Positions 44,695 to 55,439 of a stretch of 64,000 nt of DNA are shown here, piece after piece. The notes beneath the pieces are model-generated. The model was given only the letters and a program-made list of their open reading frames with translations. It did no database searches and was not told where the DNA came from. Source of the stretch: Betaproteobacteria bacterium. Its GTDB lineage: Bacteria; Pseudomonadota; Gammaproteobacteria; Burkholderiales; JACQAP01. Location: NCBI GenBank assembly GCA_039931685.1, contig JBDTRK010000003.1:5990-69989 (forward strand), read 5' to 3'. Both the position numbers and the translations under genes were made by a program. Numbering within the stretch: the first letter of the stretch is position 1; each line of letters starts with the position of its first letter.

Positions 44695-46313
44695 GCTGAC
44701 ACTCCTTTGCATACCAGACTGAACTGTGCGCCGAGTGGCCGTTCGACATAATCGAGCGTCGCCGCATTCGCCTCGCAGATCTCGCGCGCGATGTAAAGGC
44801 CAAGTCCGGTGCCGCTCGACGCGGTGGTAAAAAACGGCTCGAACAGATGCGCCCGCAGCGACTCGGCCACGCCCATGCCGTCGTCGACGACCATCAATTC
44901 TACCGTACCCTGCCGCGGCCCTGCTCGCACACCAACGACGATGCTGCCGGGCTTCTTCTGGCAATAACGCAGCGCATTGCGGCACAGGTTCCACATGACC
45001 TGGTTGAGGTGGCTGCGGTCGAAGGAAATGGTCGCATCGATATCTTCCTGCACGTGGATGGTGTCGGTTTCTATCTTTTCGATTTCACAGAATTCCGCAG
45101 CAAAGACCTCCAGATATTCGCCCAAGTCGAAATTCTCTCGCACCGCGCGATCGCGGCGGTTCAGCTTGAGTACATCCTGGACCATGCGGTCCAGCCGCTG
45201 TGTATTGTCGTGGATGATCTGCAGCATGCGCGCGTGTGTCGGGCTGCGCAACGCGGAATCCTCGAGCAACAGCTCGGTTGCGTGATTGATTGCCGATAAG
45301 GGATTGCGGATCTCGTGGGCAATGTTGGCGGTCAGCCGGCCCAAAGATGCGAGCTTGAGTTGCTGCGCCTGTTGCTGCACCCGCGTAAGGTCCTCCAGAA
45401 AAATAACCACGCCGACATTGCGACTGGCGCCGGCCTGAACGAATCGCGCCGCAGTGGGTTTGTGGGTCTGCACGGTGCGCAATGGATCGTACCCGGAACC
45501 GCCGGGATCCCGCCGCCACTGGCCAAGTCGCGCCGCAAGTGTGGGCGCGTAGTCCTGCAGGAAGATTTCGCGATGTGCGCGGCTCAAGGGGCCAAGAATG
45601 GCTTCGGCACGGCTGTTGATCTGGCGAATGGCGCCGCGCGCGTCCACCACGACAACGCCATCCTGCATATCCTGGATTACCAGTTGATTGACCTGCGCCA
45701 AATTGGCGAGATCGATTTCCCGCTGGGCGACGATCGCCTCGATTGCAACCGCACGCTTGGCCAGCGAGTGCGCCAGCCAGCCGGTGGCAAAGAAGCCGAT
45801 GCTGAGCAATCCGGCCTGTGCGTATTGCGCGGTGGATCCACTCAGGAAAACGACCTGGCAGGTCTGCTCGGCCAGAACGGCAATGGTCGCCAATGCCGCG
45901 AAAAACAACGTCAACCTGCCCCGGCTGATCAGGCCCACGGCGGCCAGGGATACCAGCAGGAGCAGGCCCAGACCGCTGCCGATGCCGCCGCTGGCGAACA
46001 TCAGAACGGTCAGGAAGACGATGTCCGCGCAGATCTGCACGGAAAGCTGGAGCGTGAAGTAAGGGCGGCGCGGCAGGATGGCGGCGAATGCCAGCAAGCT
46101 GAACAGGATGTAGCCGGTGTCGGCGTAGACGTAAAGGCGGTGACTGTAAGAACCGAACGGGATGTCCTCGCCCAACGTCAGGACCGTCGCCATCAGCACC
46201 AGCGCGGCGGCGAGACGATAGACGTTGAAATAGAGCAGCGAGCGCCAGAAGGCGTCTCCGAACTGCCGACGCTCTGGGGAGAAGGGTTGGTCTGGGAAGG
46301 GAAAGCTGTTCAT
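44691..46313 (-). CDS. pilS: sensor histidine kinase
   Basis: Six N-terminal TM helices, PAS-like linker, H-box IAHEIRNPL, and N/G boxes. It lies upstream of pilR. Confidence 0.75.
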   Translation of the reverse strand: MNSFPFPDQPFSPERRQFGDAFWRSLLYFNVYRLAAALVLMATVLTLGEDIPFGSYSHRLYVYADTGYILFSLLAFAAILPRRPYFTLQLSVQICADIVFLTVLMFASGGIGSGLGLLLLVSLAAVGLISRGRLTLFFAALATIAVLAEQTCQVVFLSGSTAQYAQAGLLSIGFFATGWLAHSLAKRAVAIEAIVAQREIDLANLAQVNQLVIQDMQDGVVVVDARGAIRQINSRAEAILGPLSRAHREIFLQDYAPTLAARLGQWRRDPGGSGYDPLRTVQTHKPTAARFVQAGASRNVGVVIFLEDLTRVQQQAQQLKLASLGRLTANIAHEIRNPLSAINHATELLLEDSALRSPTHARMLQIIHDNTQRLDRMVQDVLKLNRRDRAVRENFDLGEYLEVFAAEFCEIEKIETDTIHVQEDIDATISFDRSHLNQVMWNLCRNALRYCQKKPGSIVVGVRAGPRQGTVELMVVDDGMGVAESLRAHLFEPFFTTASSGTGLGLYIAREICEANAATLDYVERPLGAQFSLVCKGVSA

Positions 46314-46334
46314 CGGCCGCGGCGCGGTCCGCCG

Positions 46335-46595
46335 CTATCGGCTTGCGCGTTCGCGGTCAGCCAGCTGCAGATGCTCCTTGCTGCAAAAAAAATCCCCGCG
46401 CGAGGTGACGGCCTCGCTGGTGGGCAAATGCACGCCGCAGACGCTGCATCGGACCATGTCCTCGCCATGCTTCGACGGGGAGCCGCGCGTCGATGTCGAA
46501 TCGGAAGGCGGCGCTTGGCTCGACTTCCTGGCGGCATTGCGCAGAAAAAGGTAAAAAACGATGACTACGGCGATGACGAGGAGGAATTTTGCCAT
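46335..46595 (-). CDS. PP0621-family small protein (TM + Cys motif)
   Basis: MAKFLLVIAVVIVFYLFL... then MVRCSVCGVHLP...FFCSKEH. It lies upstream of pilS. Confidence 0.65.
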   Translation of the reverse strand: MAKFLLVIAVVIVFYLFLRNAARKSSQAPPSDSTSTRGSPSKHGEDMVRCSVCGVHLPTSEAVTSRGDFFCSKEHLQLADRERASR

Positions 46596-46636
46596 GCGAA
46601 CCTCGCAGCGCGGATATGCGGATATATAGTGTGGAT

Positions 46637-46713
<77 letters not shown>

Positions 46714-46723
46714 ACGGTGAGTT

Positions 46724-47722
46724 TCAGTAATTGCGGGTCACCGCAAAGGTCGCCAATTCTAGCAAACTATCCCTGAACTTTGAATCTGGAAGTACATCGA
46801 GCGCGTCACGCGCCGCGCGCGCCGAGCGTTCGGCCTGCGAGCGCGTGTAGTCGAGGGCGCCGGTTTCCTGCATGGTTTCGAGCACGGGCGCAAAATCGCT
46901 CAATCCGCCGTTAACCAGGGCATTGCGGATAATCGCCACCTGGGCGCTGCTGCCATTACGCATCGCATGGATAAGGGGAAGCGTCGCCTTGCCTTCGGCA
47001 AGATCATCGCCGAGGTTCTTCCCCGTCTGCGCCAGATCCCCCGAGTAGTCGAGGATATCATCGACCAGTTGGAACGCCGTGCCCAGGTGCATGCCGTACT
47101 CAGCCAGCGCTCCTTCCCGCGCCGGCGCCACGCCGGCGATAATCGCGCCAAGCCGCCCCGCCGCCTCGAACAGCCTGGCGGTTTTCGAATGAATCACGCG
47201 CAGGTAGTCCTGCTCAGTGACGTCGGCATTGTGAATGTGCAACAGCTGCATGACCTCGCCTTCCGCGATGGTATTGGTGGCATCCGCCAATACCTCCATG
47301 ATCCGCATATCCCGCACTTCGACCATCATCTGGAATGCCCGGGAGTAGAGGAAATCCCCGACCAGGACGGCCGCGGCATTACCGAAAGTCGAATTCGCAG
47401 TCGCGCGTCCGCGGCGCATGCGCGAATCATCGACGACGTCGTCGTGCAACAAGGTGGCGGTATGGATGAACTCGACCACCGCGGCCAGCTCGTGATGGTG
47501 CTTGCCGGTATAGCCGCAGGCCTTGGCAGACAGAATGACCAGCGCCGGCCGCAGCCGTTTACCGCCGCTGCCGATGATGTAATCGGCCACCCGGCGGATT
47601 AGCATCACTTCGGATTTCAGGCGATCGCGGATGACGACGTCGACCTTGTCCATGTCGTCGGCAATAAGGTTTTTGATGATATCGGGTGTCACGGGCAGAT
47701 TGAAATGGCTTGCCGCAGGCAA
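46724..47722 (-). CDS. ispB: octaprenyl-diphosphate synthase
   Basis: GGKRLRPAL..., DDxxD motifs ([10 protein letters not shown] and FQLVDDILD). The start codon is uncertain (TTG at 47722). Confidence 0.85.
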   Translation of the reverse strand: MPAASHFNLPVTPDIIKNLIADDMDKVDVVIRDRLKSEVMLIRRVADYIIGSGGKRLRPALVILSAKACGYTGKHHHELAAVVEFIHTATLLHDDVVDDSRMRRGRATANSTFGNAAAVLVGDFLYSRAFQMMVEVRDMRIMEVLADATNTIAEGEVMQLLHIHNADVTEQDYLRVIHSKTARLFEAAGRLGAIIAGVAPAREGALAEYGMHLGTAFQLVDDILDYSGDLAQTGKNLGDDLAEGKATLPLIHAMRNGSSAQVAIIRNALVNGGLSDFAPVLETMQETGALDYTRSQAERSARAARDALDVLPDSKFRDSLLELATFAVTRNY

Positions 47723-47883
47723 AGGGGGCGATGGTAGAAACGGCGAATGGCGGGTGTCAAGAAGATACGCATGACAAGAGTCGGGCGCACTGCGGCTGCG
47801 GGGCCTTACGCTTTCTCTTTACTAAGCCCTTCTTTTTTTGTAGTATGCGCGGCTTTCCTCAATTGCGTACCGAGGGCACCATC

Positions 47884-48192
47884 ATGTATGCAGTCATAAA
47901 AACCGGCGGCAAGCAGTACCGGGTTGCCCCAGGCGAAAAAATCAAGGTAGAACAGTTACCTGCGGACGTAGGCAGCCAGATTACACTGGATGTCCTGATG
48001 GTCGCCGACGGCGACAAGATCTCGATCGGGGCGCCGCTCGTGGCTGGTGCTACGGTTCAGGCGACGGTCGTAGCACACGGCCGCCACGACAAGGTGCATA
48101 TTTTCAAGATGCGTCGGCGCAAGCATTATCAGCGTCATGGCGGGCACCGGCAGAATTACACCGAGATCCAGATCGGCACGATCTCGGCATAA
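47884..48192 (+). CDS. rplU: 50S ribosomal protein L21
   Basis: [14 protein letters not shown]... Confidence 0.95.
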   Translation: MYAVIKTGGKQYRVAPGEKIKVEQLPADVGSQITLDVLMVADGDKISIGAPLVAGATVQATVVAHGRHDKVHIFKMRRRKHYQRHGGHRQNYTEIQIGTISA

Positions 48193-48204
48193 GGAACCCA
48201 GAAT

Positions 48205-48462
48205 ATGGCACATAAAAAGGCAGGCGGCAGTTCCCGAAATGGCCGCGACTCGCAGTCCAAGCGCCTCGGCGTCAAACGCTACGGCGGCGAAGTGATTCCC
48301 GCAGGCAGCATCATCGTGCGTCAACGTGGCACCCAGGTGCACCCTGGCGAAAATGTCGGAATCGGCAAGGACCATACATTGTTCGCCAAGATAACCGGAA
48401 CGGTGAATTTTGCGATCAAGGGCCCGTTCAAGAAGAAGACTGTCAGCGTCGTGCCGGCGTAA
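48205..48462 (+). CDS. rpmA: 50S ribosomal protein L27
   Basis: [24 protein letters not shown]... Confidence 0.95.
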   Translation: MAHKKAGGSSRNGRDSQSKRLGVKRYGGEVIPAGSIIVRQRGTQVHPGENVGIGKDHTLFAKITGTVNFAIKGPFKKKTVSVVPA

Positions 48463-48484
48463 GGTTTCCCGCTTTCAACAAGAG

Positions 48485-48517
48485 GCCCTATCGGATCCGG
48501 TAGGGCTTTTGTTTTTT
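48485..48517 (+). terminator. rho-independent terminator after rpmA
   Basis: Hairpin gccctatcgg-atccggtagggc followed by ttttgtttttt. Confidence 0.6.
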
Positions 48518-48686
48518 CATGGCCCGATTTGCCGCGCGATCATGCCGCGGAACAGGAATTCTTTCGAAACCTGAAAGGGGCCATGGCGGGCGGGCCGTGA
48601 ACGCATCGCTGCCGCGGGCCGGTCGATGATGGCCGCGTCTTGCACCGCTGGATAGCATCGGATTACTGGGCGTCACACTCGAAACC

Positions 48687-49748
48687 ATGAAATTCATCGA
48701 CGAATCCACCATTGAAGTTCACGCCGGAAAGGGCGGCGACGGCAGCGCGAGTTTCCGGCGTGAGAAGTTCATTCCGCGCGGCGGCCCGGACGGCGGCGAT
48801 GGCGGCCGCGGCGGCAGCCTTATTGCCGTCGCTGATCGCAACATCAACACGCTTGTCGAGTACCGCTATGCCCGCATTCATCGCGCAAGCAGCGGCGAGA
48901 AGGGCCGCGGGGCCGACTGCTACGGCAAGGCGGGGGAGGACATTACACTGCGTTTCCCGGTCGGCACCGTGGTAACGGACGTCGAATCCGGTGACGTGCT
49001 TGCCGACCTTTCCGCAGACGGTCAGACCGCGGTCCTCGCAAAGGGCGGGCAAGGCGGCCTGGGCAACATCCATTTCAAGTCCAGCACCAACCGCTCCCCG
49101 CGCCAATTCACGCCGGGTACGCCCGGCGAGAGCCGCCGCCTGAAGCTGGAACTCAAGGTCCTCGCCGACGTTGGCCTGCTGGGCATGCCGAACGCGGGCA
49201 AATCGACCTACATCCGCTCTGTCTCCGCGGCGCGACCCAAGGTTGCCGATTATCCGTTCACCACGTTGCATCCGAATCTGGGCGTGGTGCGCGTAGACGA
49301 AAACCGCAGTTTCGTCATTGCCGACATTCCCGGCCTGATCGAAGGCGCGTCCGAAGGTGCCGGGCTGGGCCACCAGTTCCTGCGCCATCTGCAGCGGACG
49401 CGGCTGCTGCTGCACCTCGTCGACCTGGCGCCTTTCGACGAGGACGTTGATCCGGCCGGCGACGCACGCGCCATCGTCGAAGAGTTGCGTAAATACGACG
49501 AATCCCTGTTTCGCAAACCGCGCTGGCTGGTGCTCAACAAGGTCGACCTGATTCCGCAGGAAGATCGCGACGCGAGGATTCAGGCTTTTCTGTCGGCTTA
49601 CGCCCGCCTGGTCTCCGAGCCCGAGAAAACCTTTATCATCTCGGCGCTCACGGGCGAGGGCGGAAGCGCACTGACTTTCGCGATCATGGAGCATCTGCAA
49701 CGCACCGCCCGACCTGAGCCCACCGAGGGTGCGGAAAGCACCGGTTAG
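48687..49748 (+). CDS. obgE: GTPase Obg/CgtA
   Basis: [19 protein letters not shown]..., Gly-rich Obg fold, and G1 GMPNAGKST. Confidence 0.95.
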   Translation: MKFIDESTIEVHAGKGGDGSASFRREKFIPRGGPDGGDGGRGGSLIAVADRNINTLVEYRYARIHRASSGEKGRGADCYGKAGEDITLRFPVGTVVTDVESGDVLADLSADGQTAVLAKGGQGGLGNIHFKSSTNRSPRQFTPGTPGESRRLKLELKVLADVGLLGMPNAGKSTYIRSVSAARPKVADYPFTTLHPNLGVVRVDENRSFVIADIPGLIEGASEGAGLGHQFLRHLQRTRLLLHLVDLAPFDEDVDPAGDARAIVEELRKYDESLFRKPRWLVLNKVDLIPQEDRDARIQAFLSAYARLVSEPEKTFIISALTGEGGSALTFAIMEHLQRTARPEPTEGAESTG

Positions 49749-49768
49749 CAGAAGGCGCCGCGAAATAC

Positions 49769-50899
49769 ATGAAGTCCGAGCTGAAATCCCTCGCCGCACA
49801 GGCCAGGCGCCTGGTCGTCAAGGTCGGCAGCAGCCTGGTTACTAACGAAGGCCAGGGGCTGGACCACGCCGCGCTCGCTCGCTGGGCCGAGCAGATCGCC
49901 GAACTCAAGCGACTCGGCAAGGACGTCGTCCTCGTGTCGAGCGGCGCCGTCGCCGAAGGCATGCAACGGCTGGGCTGGAAACGCCGCCCGAAGGCGCTTC
50001 ACGAATTGCAGGCTGCCGCTGCCGTGGGTCAGATGGGGCTGGTCGAAGCCTACGAATCCTGTTTTCGCAGGCACGGCCTGCATACCGCTCAGATATTACT
50101 GACGCACGAAGATCTCGCTGACCGCAAGCGCTACCTCAATGCGCGTTCGACACTGCGCACCCTGCTCGACCTGGGCGTCATTCCGGTCATCAACGAGAAC
50201 GATACGGTTGCCACCGATGAAATCCGCTTCGGCGACAACGACACATTGGCGGCGCTCGTCACCAACCTGATCGAAGCCGATGCGCTGGTGATCCTGACCG
50301 ACCAGCCCGGTCTGTACACCAGGGATCCGCGCCGATACGCCGACGCCCAATTGATCGGCGAAGCCAGGGCTGGTGACTCCGCGCTCGAGAAAATGGCCGG
50401 CGGCGTAGGCAGCCACATCGGCAGTGGCGGCATGTTGACCAAAGTACTTGCCGCCAAACGCGCTGCGCGCAGCGGCGCCGGGACGATCATCGCCTCCGGA
50501 CGTGAAGACAACGTGCTGGTCCGGCTGGCTTGCGGCGAGGCAATCGGCACGCAGCTGACCGCCGAAACGCTAACCCTGGCGGCTCGCAAGCAATGGTTGG
50601 CGGACCACCTGCAGGTGCGCGGCAAACTCAAACTCGACGCTGGCGCAGTACGTGCGCTTAAAACCGACGGCAAAAGCCTGCTGCCGATCGGCGTCTTCGA
50701 GTCATCGGGAGAATTCGAGCGCGGCGAAGTCGTGGGCTGCCTGGACGCCGAAGGGCGCGAGATCGCACGCGGACTGGTCAACTACAACTCGGCCGAGACG
50801 CGCAAGATACTCAAAGCGCCGAGCCACGAAATCGAGTCCCGACTCGGCTATATCGACGAACCCGAACTCATCCACCGGGATAACTTGGTCCTGCTCTGA
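49769..50899 (+). CDS. proB: glutamate 5-kinase
   Basis: [10 protein letters not shown]..., an amino-acid kinase domain plus a C-terminal PUA domain. Confidence 0.95.
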   Translation: MKSELKSLAAQARRLVVKVGSSLVTNEGQGLDHAALARWAEQIAELKRLGKDVVLVSSGAVAEGMQRLGWKRRPKALHELQAAAAVGQMGLVEAYESCFRRHGLHTAQILLTHEDLADRKRYLNARSTLRTLLDLGVIPVINENDTVATDEIRFGDNDTLAALVTNLIEADALVILTDQPGLYTRDPRRYADAQLIGEARAGDSALEKMAGGVGSHIGSGGMLTKVLAAKRAARSGAGTIIASGREDNVLVRLACGEAIGTQLTAETLTLAARKQWLADHLQVRGKLKLDAGAVRALKTDGKSLLPIGVFESSGEFERGEVVGCLDAEGREIARGLVNYNSAETRKILKAPSHEIESRLGYIDEPELIHRDNLVLL

Positions 50900-51048
50900 G
50901 TTCCTCAGTGCAGGGAGCCCGTTACGGTGGACACTAATGCGGTCTGCCGCGTTACGTGGGCGCCGCAATCTTGTATTGCTGCAGCAGCGCTACGATCACT
51001 GCAGTGCCGCCCTGATGACAGCGCGCAGCGGAGCGCGATCGCCCCGGA

Positions 51049-51639
51049 TCAGCGATTGCCGTCGGTCACGTTGTTGAGTGGATTGCCTTTCAGATTGGCA
51101 ATCAGGTCTTTCGCGTTGCGACCGGCGATCGCCTCCACGTCACAGTAGTAGTCCTTGTAGAGCGCGAAGCGGAAATCCCCGGTTAAGCGCGGAATTTTCT
51201 GCCATTGCGGATCCGGCACTTTCGCCCACTGACTGCCATCGGTGCCGAACGCGTAGACCTTGTACTCCGAGGTCTTGCAACGCAACCCTTCATAACTTGT
51301 GTTGACGGCACCGGACGGCGACTTGATCAGCATGCTGTAGCGCACAACCCTGTCCTCTCCGATCGAAAGCGACTGGCCGTCGATGTAGGAATGAAATGCC
51401 GAATTGCGCCGCGGCAGGAATTCCAGCAAGCCGGCCTCCTGCGGGTAGACCGGCAATTCCGCCTCGGTTTCCTTGAAGGCCTTCTCCTCGATCACGCCGC
51501 CGATTTCCTGCGTCATGCCGCGCTGCGGCTTCTTGAGGCTCGGCGCGGTGGAAGCACCACAGCCTGGCAGCGCGACCGCGAGGACGACCGATAGGACAAT
51601 CAGGAGACGTCCGGAACAGCGAAAACCGGATGGCGTCAT
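51049..51639 (-). CDS. CNP1-like family lipoprotein
   Basis: Lipobox LPGC, then ...VRYSMLIKSPSGAVNTSYEGLRCKTSEYKVYAFG is the CNP1-like pattern. ATGA overlap with the cfa stop. Confidence 0.65.
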   Translation of the reverse strand: MTPSGFRCSGRLLIVLSVVLAVALPGCGASTAPSLKKPQRGMTQEIGGVIEEKAFKETEAELPVYPQEAGLLEFLPRRNSAFHSYIDGQSLSIGEDRVVRYSMLIKSPSGAVNTSYEGLRCKTSEYKVYAFGTDGSQWAKVPDPQWQKIPRLTGDFRFALYKDYYCDVEAIAGRNAKDLIANLKGNPLNNVTDGNR

Positions 51640-52841
51640 CGGTAGACGTGCTCGCGCGTCAGCGGGTAGGGCACGGTGCCATCGGGCATGGCCTTCGTTC
51701 CAAGTATCTGGAAAATAGAAATCCAGCCACGGTCGAAGGCATGCGCCGATCCGGCCATGTAAATGCGCCAGATACGGTACATCTTCTCTCCGACGATGCG
51801 GCGCGCCTCTTCCTGTCTCGCCTCCAGCCTGCCGACCCAATCCCACAGCGTCCTGGCGTAGTGTGGCCTGAGGCATTCGGCGTCCCACGGCTCCAGGCCT
51901 TGCGCCGACATCTCGCCGAGCACGCGCGAAACGTGAACCAGCTCGCCGCCGGGGAAAACGTATTCGTCCACGAACTCGCCTATGCCGCTGCCGAGCTCGG
52001 CGTCCTCCAGCGAATTGGTTGTGATGCCGTGGTTCATGACCATTCCGCCCGGCCTGAGCAGGCGGAAGATTTTTCCGAAATAAGCCTTCAGGTTGCGCTT
52101 CCCTACGTGCTCGAACATGCCGACGCTGGCGATCTTGTCGAATGGCCGTTCCTCGCCGACATCCCGGTAATCCATCAGCCGCACCTCGCAGCGATCCTCG
52201 AGCCCGAGCTCGCGTATTCTCTGGGTGGCATAGGCATGCTGCTCGTCGGACAGCGTGATGCCGAGCGCCATGACGTCATAGTGGCGGGCCGCCCACAGAA
52301 TCAGTCCGCCCCAGCCACAGCCCACATCGAGCAAACGCTCGCCGGGCCTGAGTTCGAGCTTGCGGCAGATATGATCGAGCTTCTGCTCCTGGGCCAGATC
52401 GAGCGTATCGTCGGGCGTTTTGAAGTATGCGCAGGAATAGACCCGGTTGCGGTCGAGCCACAAACCGTAAAAATCATTGCCGACGTCGTAGTGGTGCTGG
52501 ATATTTTTGCGATCGGCCGGACGGGTATGACGCCACCACTTCCAGAATTTCGATCGATTGTTGTAAGTGGTCAAGTCCCCGGACACCAGTTGCTCGCCAA
52601 GACGGATGGTTTCGCGAATATCGCCGTCGATGTCGAGTTGGCCTTCAACGTAGGCGCGGGCAATCTTGCCCAGGCTGGGGCTGGCAAGCGACAGCAGCGC
52701 CTGGGGGGAATTGACCGTCAGGCGCAGGTGTGCCTCCCCGTCGGGCCGAATGGTGTTGCCATTCCACAGGGTCATGCTGATGGGCAGGCCTGCGCGCTTG
52801 AGGCGGTCCTCGAGCATGCCGATCATGCGGGTTTCCAGCAT
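51636..52841 (-). CDS. cfa: cyclopropane-fatty-acyl-phospholipid synthase
   Basis: HYDVGNDFY...YSCAYF...LLDVGCGWGG SAM motif, and MFEHVG. Confidence 0.9.
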   Translation of the reverse strand: MLETRMIGMLEDRLKRAGLPISMTLWNGNTIRPDGEAHLRLTVNSPQALLSLASPSLGKIARAYVEGQLDIDGDIRETIRLGEQLVSGDLTTYNNRSKFWKWWRHTRPADRKNIQHHYDVGNDFYGLWLDRNRVYSCAYFKTPDDTLDLAQEQKLDHICRKLELRPGERLLDVGCGWGGLILWAARHYDVMALGITLSDEQHAYATQRIRELGLEDRCEVRLMDYRDVGEERPFDKIASVGMFEHVGKRNLKAYFGKIFRLLRPGGMVMNHGITTNSLEDAELGSGIGEFVDEYVFPGGELVHVSRVLGEMSAQGLEPWDAECLRPHYARTLWDWVGRLEARQEEARRIVGEKMYRIWRIYMAGSAHAFDRGWISIFQILGTKAMPDGTVPYPLTREHVYR

Positions 52842-52933
52842 TGCGTCCTCGCGATCCAGTTTCTCAAAAAACCAACGGCGTCCCGAAGGTCGCCGTTATT
52901 GTACTGGTAAGGCAGGGCCTGTAGAAAACCGCT

Positions 52934-53521
52934 TCAGAACGCCAGATCCTTGAGCAGGGAGGCCGTCGTCTGCACTGCGACCCTGTCTATCGTCGCCACA
53001 TAGTTGGTGTGATCCACGCCCAGCGACAAGGCGGCCCCGCCTTTGAGCGCCTGCTTCATCGGCGCGGCAAGTTCGAAGCGCAGGAAATGGACGGCGGAGG
53101 TCTTGTCGTCGTTTTCGCGGTCGAGGTCTTCATCGGCAATTGCAAACACACGCGGCTGGCCTTCCACCTGGACCCAGACCCGGTCCTCGACCCCGATGAG
53201 CTTTGCCAGCGCCAGGCGGCGCTCCTCCTGGTCCGGATACTCGATCAACATGGTCGCTTTCCAGTTGCCGCCGTCGGGCACCAGCGGATTGTAGGCGTCG
53301 AGCTCGTCGCGAATGCCCTGCTCCTCGAAAATGCGCTCCACGCGCAGCATCTCCTGAATCTGGTATCGCATCGTCAATTCGTCCTCGAACACCAGGGTAA
53401 TGTGCTCGCCAAGCGGCACGGTACGGCTCTTTTTGTGGACGAGGACCCGCTCGCGGAATTCCTTGCGCGCCTTTGCGTATTGCTCCAGGGACATCAGACT
53501 GTCTGCGCTAATCATGCCCAT
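52934..53521 (-). CDS. DUF3501-family protein
   Basis: SLEQYAKARKEFRERVLVHKKSRTVPLGEHITLVFEDELTMRYQIQEMLRVE resembles DUF3501. AAGAGGA lies upstream of the ATG at 53521 (alternative 53560). Confidence 0.7.
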   Translation of the reverse strand: MGMISADSLMSLEQYAKARKEFRERVLVHKKSRTVPLGEHITLVFEDELTMRYQIQEMLRVERIFEEQGIRDELDAYNPLVPDGGNWKATMLIEYPDQEERRLALAKLIGVEDRVWVQVEGQPRVFAIADEDLDRENDDKTSAVHFLRFELAAPMKQALKGGAALSLGVDHTNYVATIDRVAVQTTASLLKDLAF

Positions 53522-53563
53522 TGCAATCCTCTTGATGTGATCGTGCTCCGACGCGCGCATGGT

Positions 53564-54907
53564 TCACAATCCGTACGCAATGCGCACGAGCGTCAGCGGA
53601 TGCTGTTTCTCGGATTTGCCGGCGCCGGCCTCGCTTTCGGAAATGCCCTGCAGTATGTGGCGGCCTGCTATTGCGCAATCCGAAGTCACATAGTCCGGCG
53701 CAGTCGACGCCATCTGCCGGAATACCGGCTTGCCGATCTTCATCGATTCGGCGAAGAATTCGGTCTTCACGCCCCAGGTTCCGTCGTGGCCTGCGCACCG
53801 TTCGACCGTGTTGACTTCGGTCTGCGGCACCAGCTCGAATACCTCGCGCGTCTTCTGACCCATGTTCTGCACGCGCAGATGGCAGGGAACGTGATACGAA
53901 ACCTTGCCCAGCGGCACCTTGAAATCCTTTTTGAGCAGACCGTCGCGGTTGCGCATGATCAGATACTCGAACGGATCGAACATCGCCTGCTGAACCGCCT
54001 TGACGTCGGCGTCGTTCGGGAACATCAGCGGCAATTCCTGCTTGAACATCAGGGTGCACGAGGGCACCGCGGTAAGGATTGCGTAACCCTCCCGTGCTAG
54101 CCTGGCAAGCACCGGGATGTTCGCCTGCTTCAGTTTCTCGACCGCATCGAGGTCGCCCAGTTCGAGCTTGGGCATGCCGCAGCACGCCTCCTTTTCGACG
54201 ATGACGGACGGCACCTCGTTGTGCTTGAGGATCTTCAGCAGGTCGTGTCCGATCCCCGGTTCGTTGTAGTTCACATAGCAGGTGGAGAAAATTGCCACCT
54301 TGCCTGGCGCATTCTTGCCGTCCCGGACGGCGAACGACGCATCCGGTTTTGCGTTGCCGCGGAATCGCGCGCTGGCGTACTCGGGCAATATCCTGTCCTT
54401 GTGCACGCCGAGCACCGACTGCATTGCTTGCCGCGCCGCCGGCGTCTTGTTCACGGCATTGACCACCTGCGCCACCACCGGAATGGAAGCGAGCTTGCCG
54501 ACGGCGTCGGTACTGGTCAGCAATTTGTCGCGAAACGTCGCCCCGCCTTTCCTGAACTTGACCGCCTTGGCGCGCAACATCAGGTGCGGGAAATCGATAT
54601 TCCAGGCATGCGGCGGCACGTAGGGACACTTGGTCATGTAACACATGTCGCACAGATAGCACTTGTCGACAACCTTGGCGAAATCGTGCCTGTCGACGCC
54701 ATCGAGTTCGCCGGTCTTGCCCTCGTCGATCAGATCGAACAGGGTCGGAAACGCCGTGCAAAGATTGACGCAGCGCCGGCAGCCATGACAGATATCGAAG
54801 ACGCGGTGCATTTCCGCATGCACCTTGTCATCGTCGTAGAAATCGGCGGACTTCCAGTCGATGGGATTCCTGGTCGGCGCCTCGAGAGAACCTTCGCGGA
54901 CGGTCAT
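53564..54907 (-). CDS. (Fe-S)-binding oxidoreductase, HdrD/GlpC-like
   Basis: Two ferredoxin-type clusters (CHGCRRCVNLC and CYLCDMCYMTKCP) and C-terminal Cys-rich CCG-type segments (ACCGMP, CAGHDG). Confidence 0.85.
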   Translation of the reverse strand: MTVREGSLEAPTRNPIDWKSADFYDDDKVHAEMHRVFDICHGCRRCVNLCTAFPTLFDLIDEGKTGELDGVDRHDFAKVVDKCYLCDMCYMTKCPYVPPHAWNIDFPHLMLRAKAVKFRKGGATFRDKLLTSTDAVGKLASIPVVAQVVNAVNKTPAARQAMQSVLGVHKDRILPEYASARFRGNAKPDASFAVRDGKNAPGKVAIFSTCYVNYNEPGIGHDLLKILKHNEVPSVIVEKEACCGMPKLELGDLDAVEKLKQANIPVLARLAREGYAILTAVPSCTLMFKQELPLMFPNDADVKAVQQAMFDPFEYLIMRNRDGLLKKDFKVPLGKVSYHVPCHLRVQNMGQKTREVFELVPQTEVNTVERCAGHDGTWGVKTEFFAESMKIGKPVFRQMASTAPDYVTSDCAIAGRHILQGISESEAGAGKSEKQHPLTLVRIAYGL

Positions 54908-54914
54908 TTGTGCG

Positions 54915-55011
54915 TGAGTAGTGAAGGGTGAGGAGCGAGGGGGAAAGGCTATAGATCAGAAACGAGGGGCCCGAATCCCTCCCCTCACCCTTCACTCCTT
55001 GCCCCTCACCC
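54915..55011. repeat. intergenic palindromic element with G-rich tandem arms
   Basis: agtgaagggtgaggagcgaggggg ... ccctcccctcacccttcact form inverted arms of about 20 nt around a loop of about 35 nt. It fills the rubrerythrin / Fe-S gene spacer. Confidence 0.6.
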
Positions 55012-55016
55012 GATTT

Positions 55017-55439
55017 TCAGTCTGCCAGCGCGTCCAGTGCCTTCTGGAAACGATTGGCGTGGGACCGCTCAGCTTTTGCCAGTGTCTCGAACCAGTCCGC
55101 AATTTCGTCGAAGCCTTCGTCGCGCGCATGCTTGGCCATGCCCGGATACATGTCCGTGTACTCGTGGGTTTCGCCGGCAATCGCCGCCTTCAGGTTGTCG
55201 CGCGAGCGGCCGATGGGCAGGCCAGTAGCCGGATCGCCGACGGCCTCGAGATATTCCAGATGGCCATGGGCATGGCCGGTTTCCCCTTCAGCAGTCGAGC
55301 GGAAAACCGCCGCGACATCGTTTTGCCCTTCCACGTCAGCCTTCGCTGCAAAGTAGAGGTAGCGGCGGTTCGCCTGGGACTCGCCCGCAAACGCATCCTT
55401 CAAACTTTTTTCCGTTTTCGATCCTTTGAGTGCTTTCAT
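55017..55439 (-). CDS. rubrerythrin-family di-iron protein (no rubredoxin domain)
   Basis: [12 protein letters not shown] ... [10 protein letters not shown] ... [11 protein letters not shown] ... AERSHANRF (ExxH pairs). Confidence 0.9.
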   Translation of the reverse strand: MKALKGSKTEKSLKDAFAGESQANRRYLYFAAKADVEGQNDVAAVFRSTAEGETGHAHGHLEYLEAVGDPATGLPIGRSRDNLKAAIAGETHEYTDMYPGMAKHARDEGFDEIADWFETLAKAERSHANRFQKALDALAD

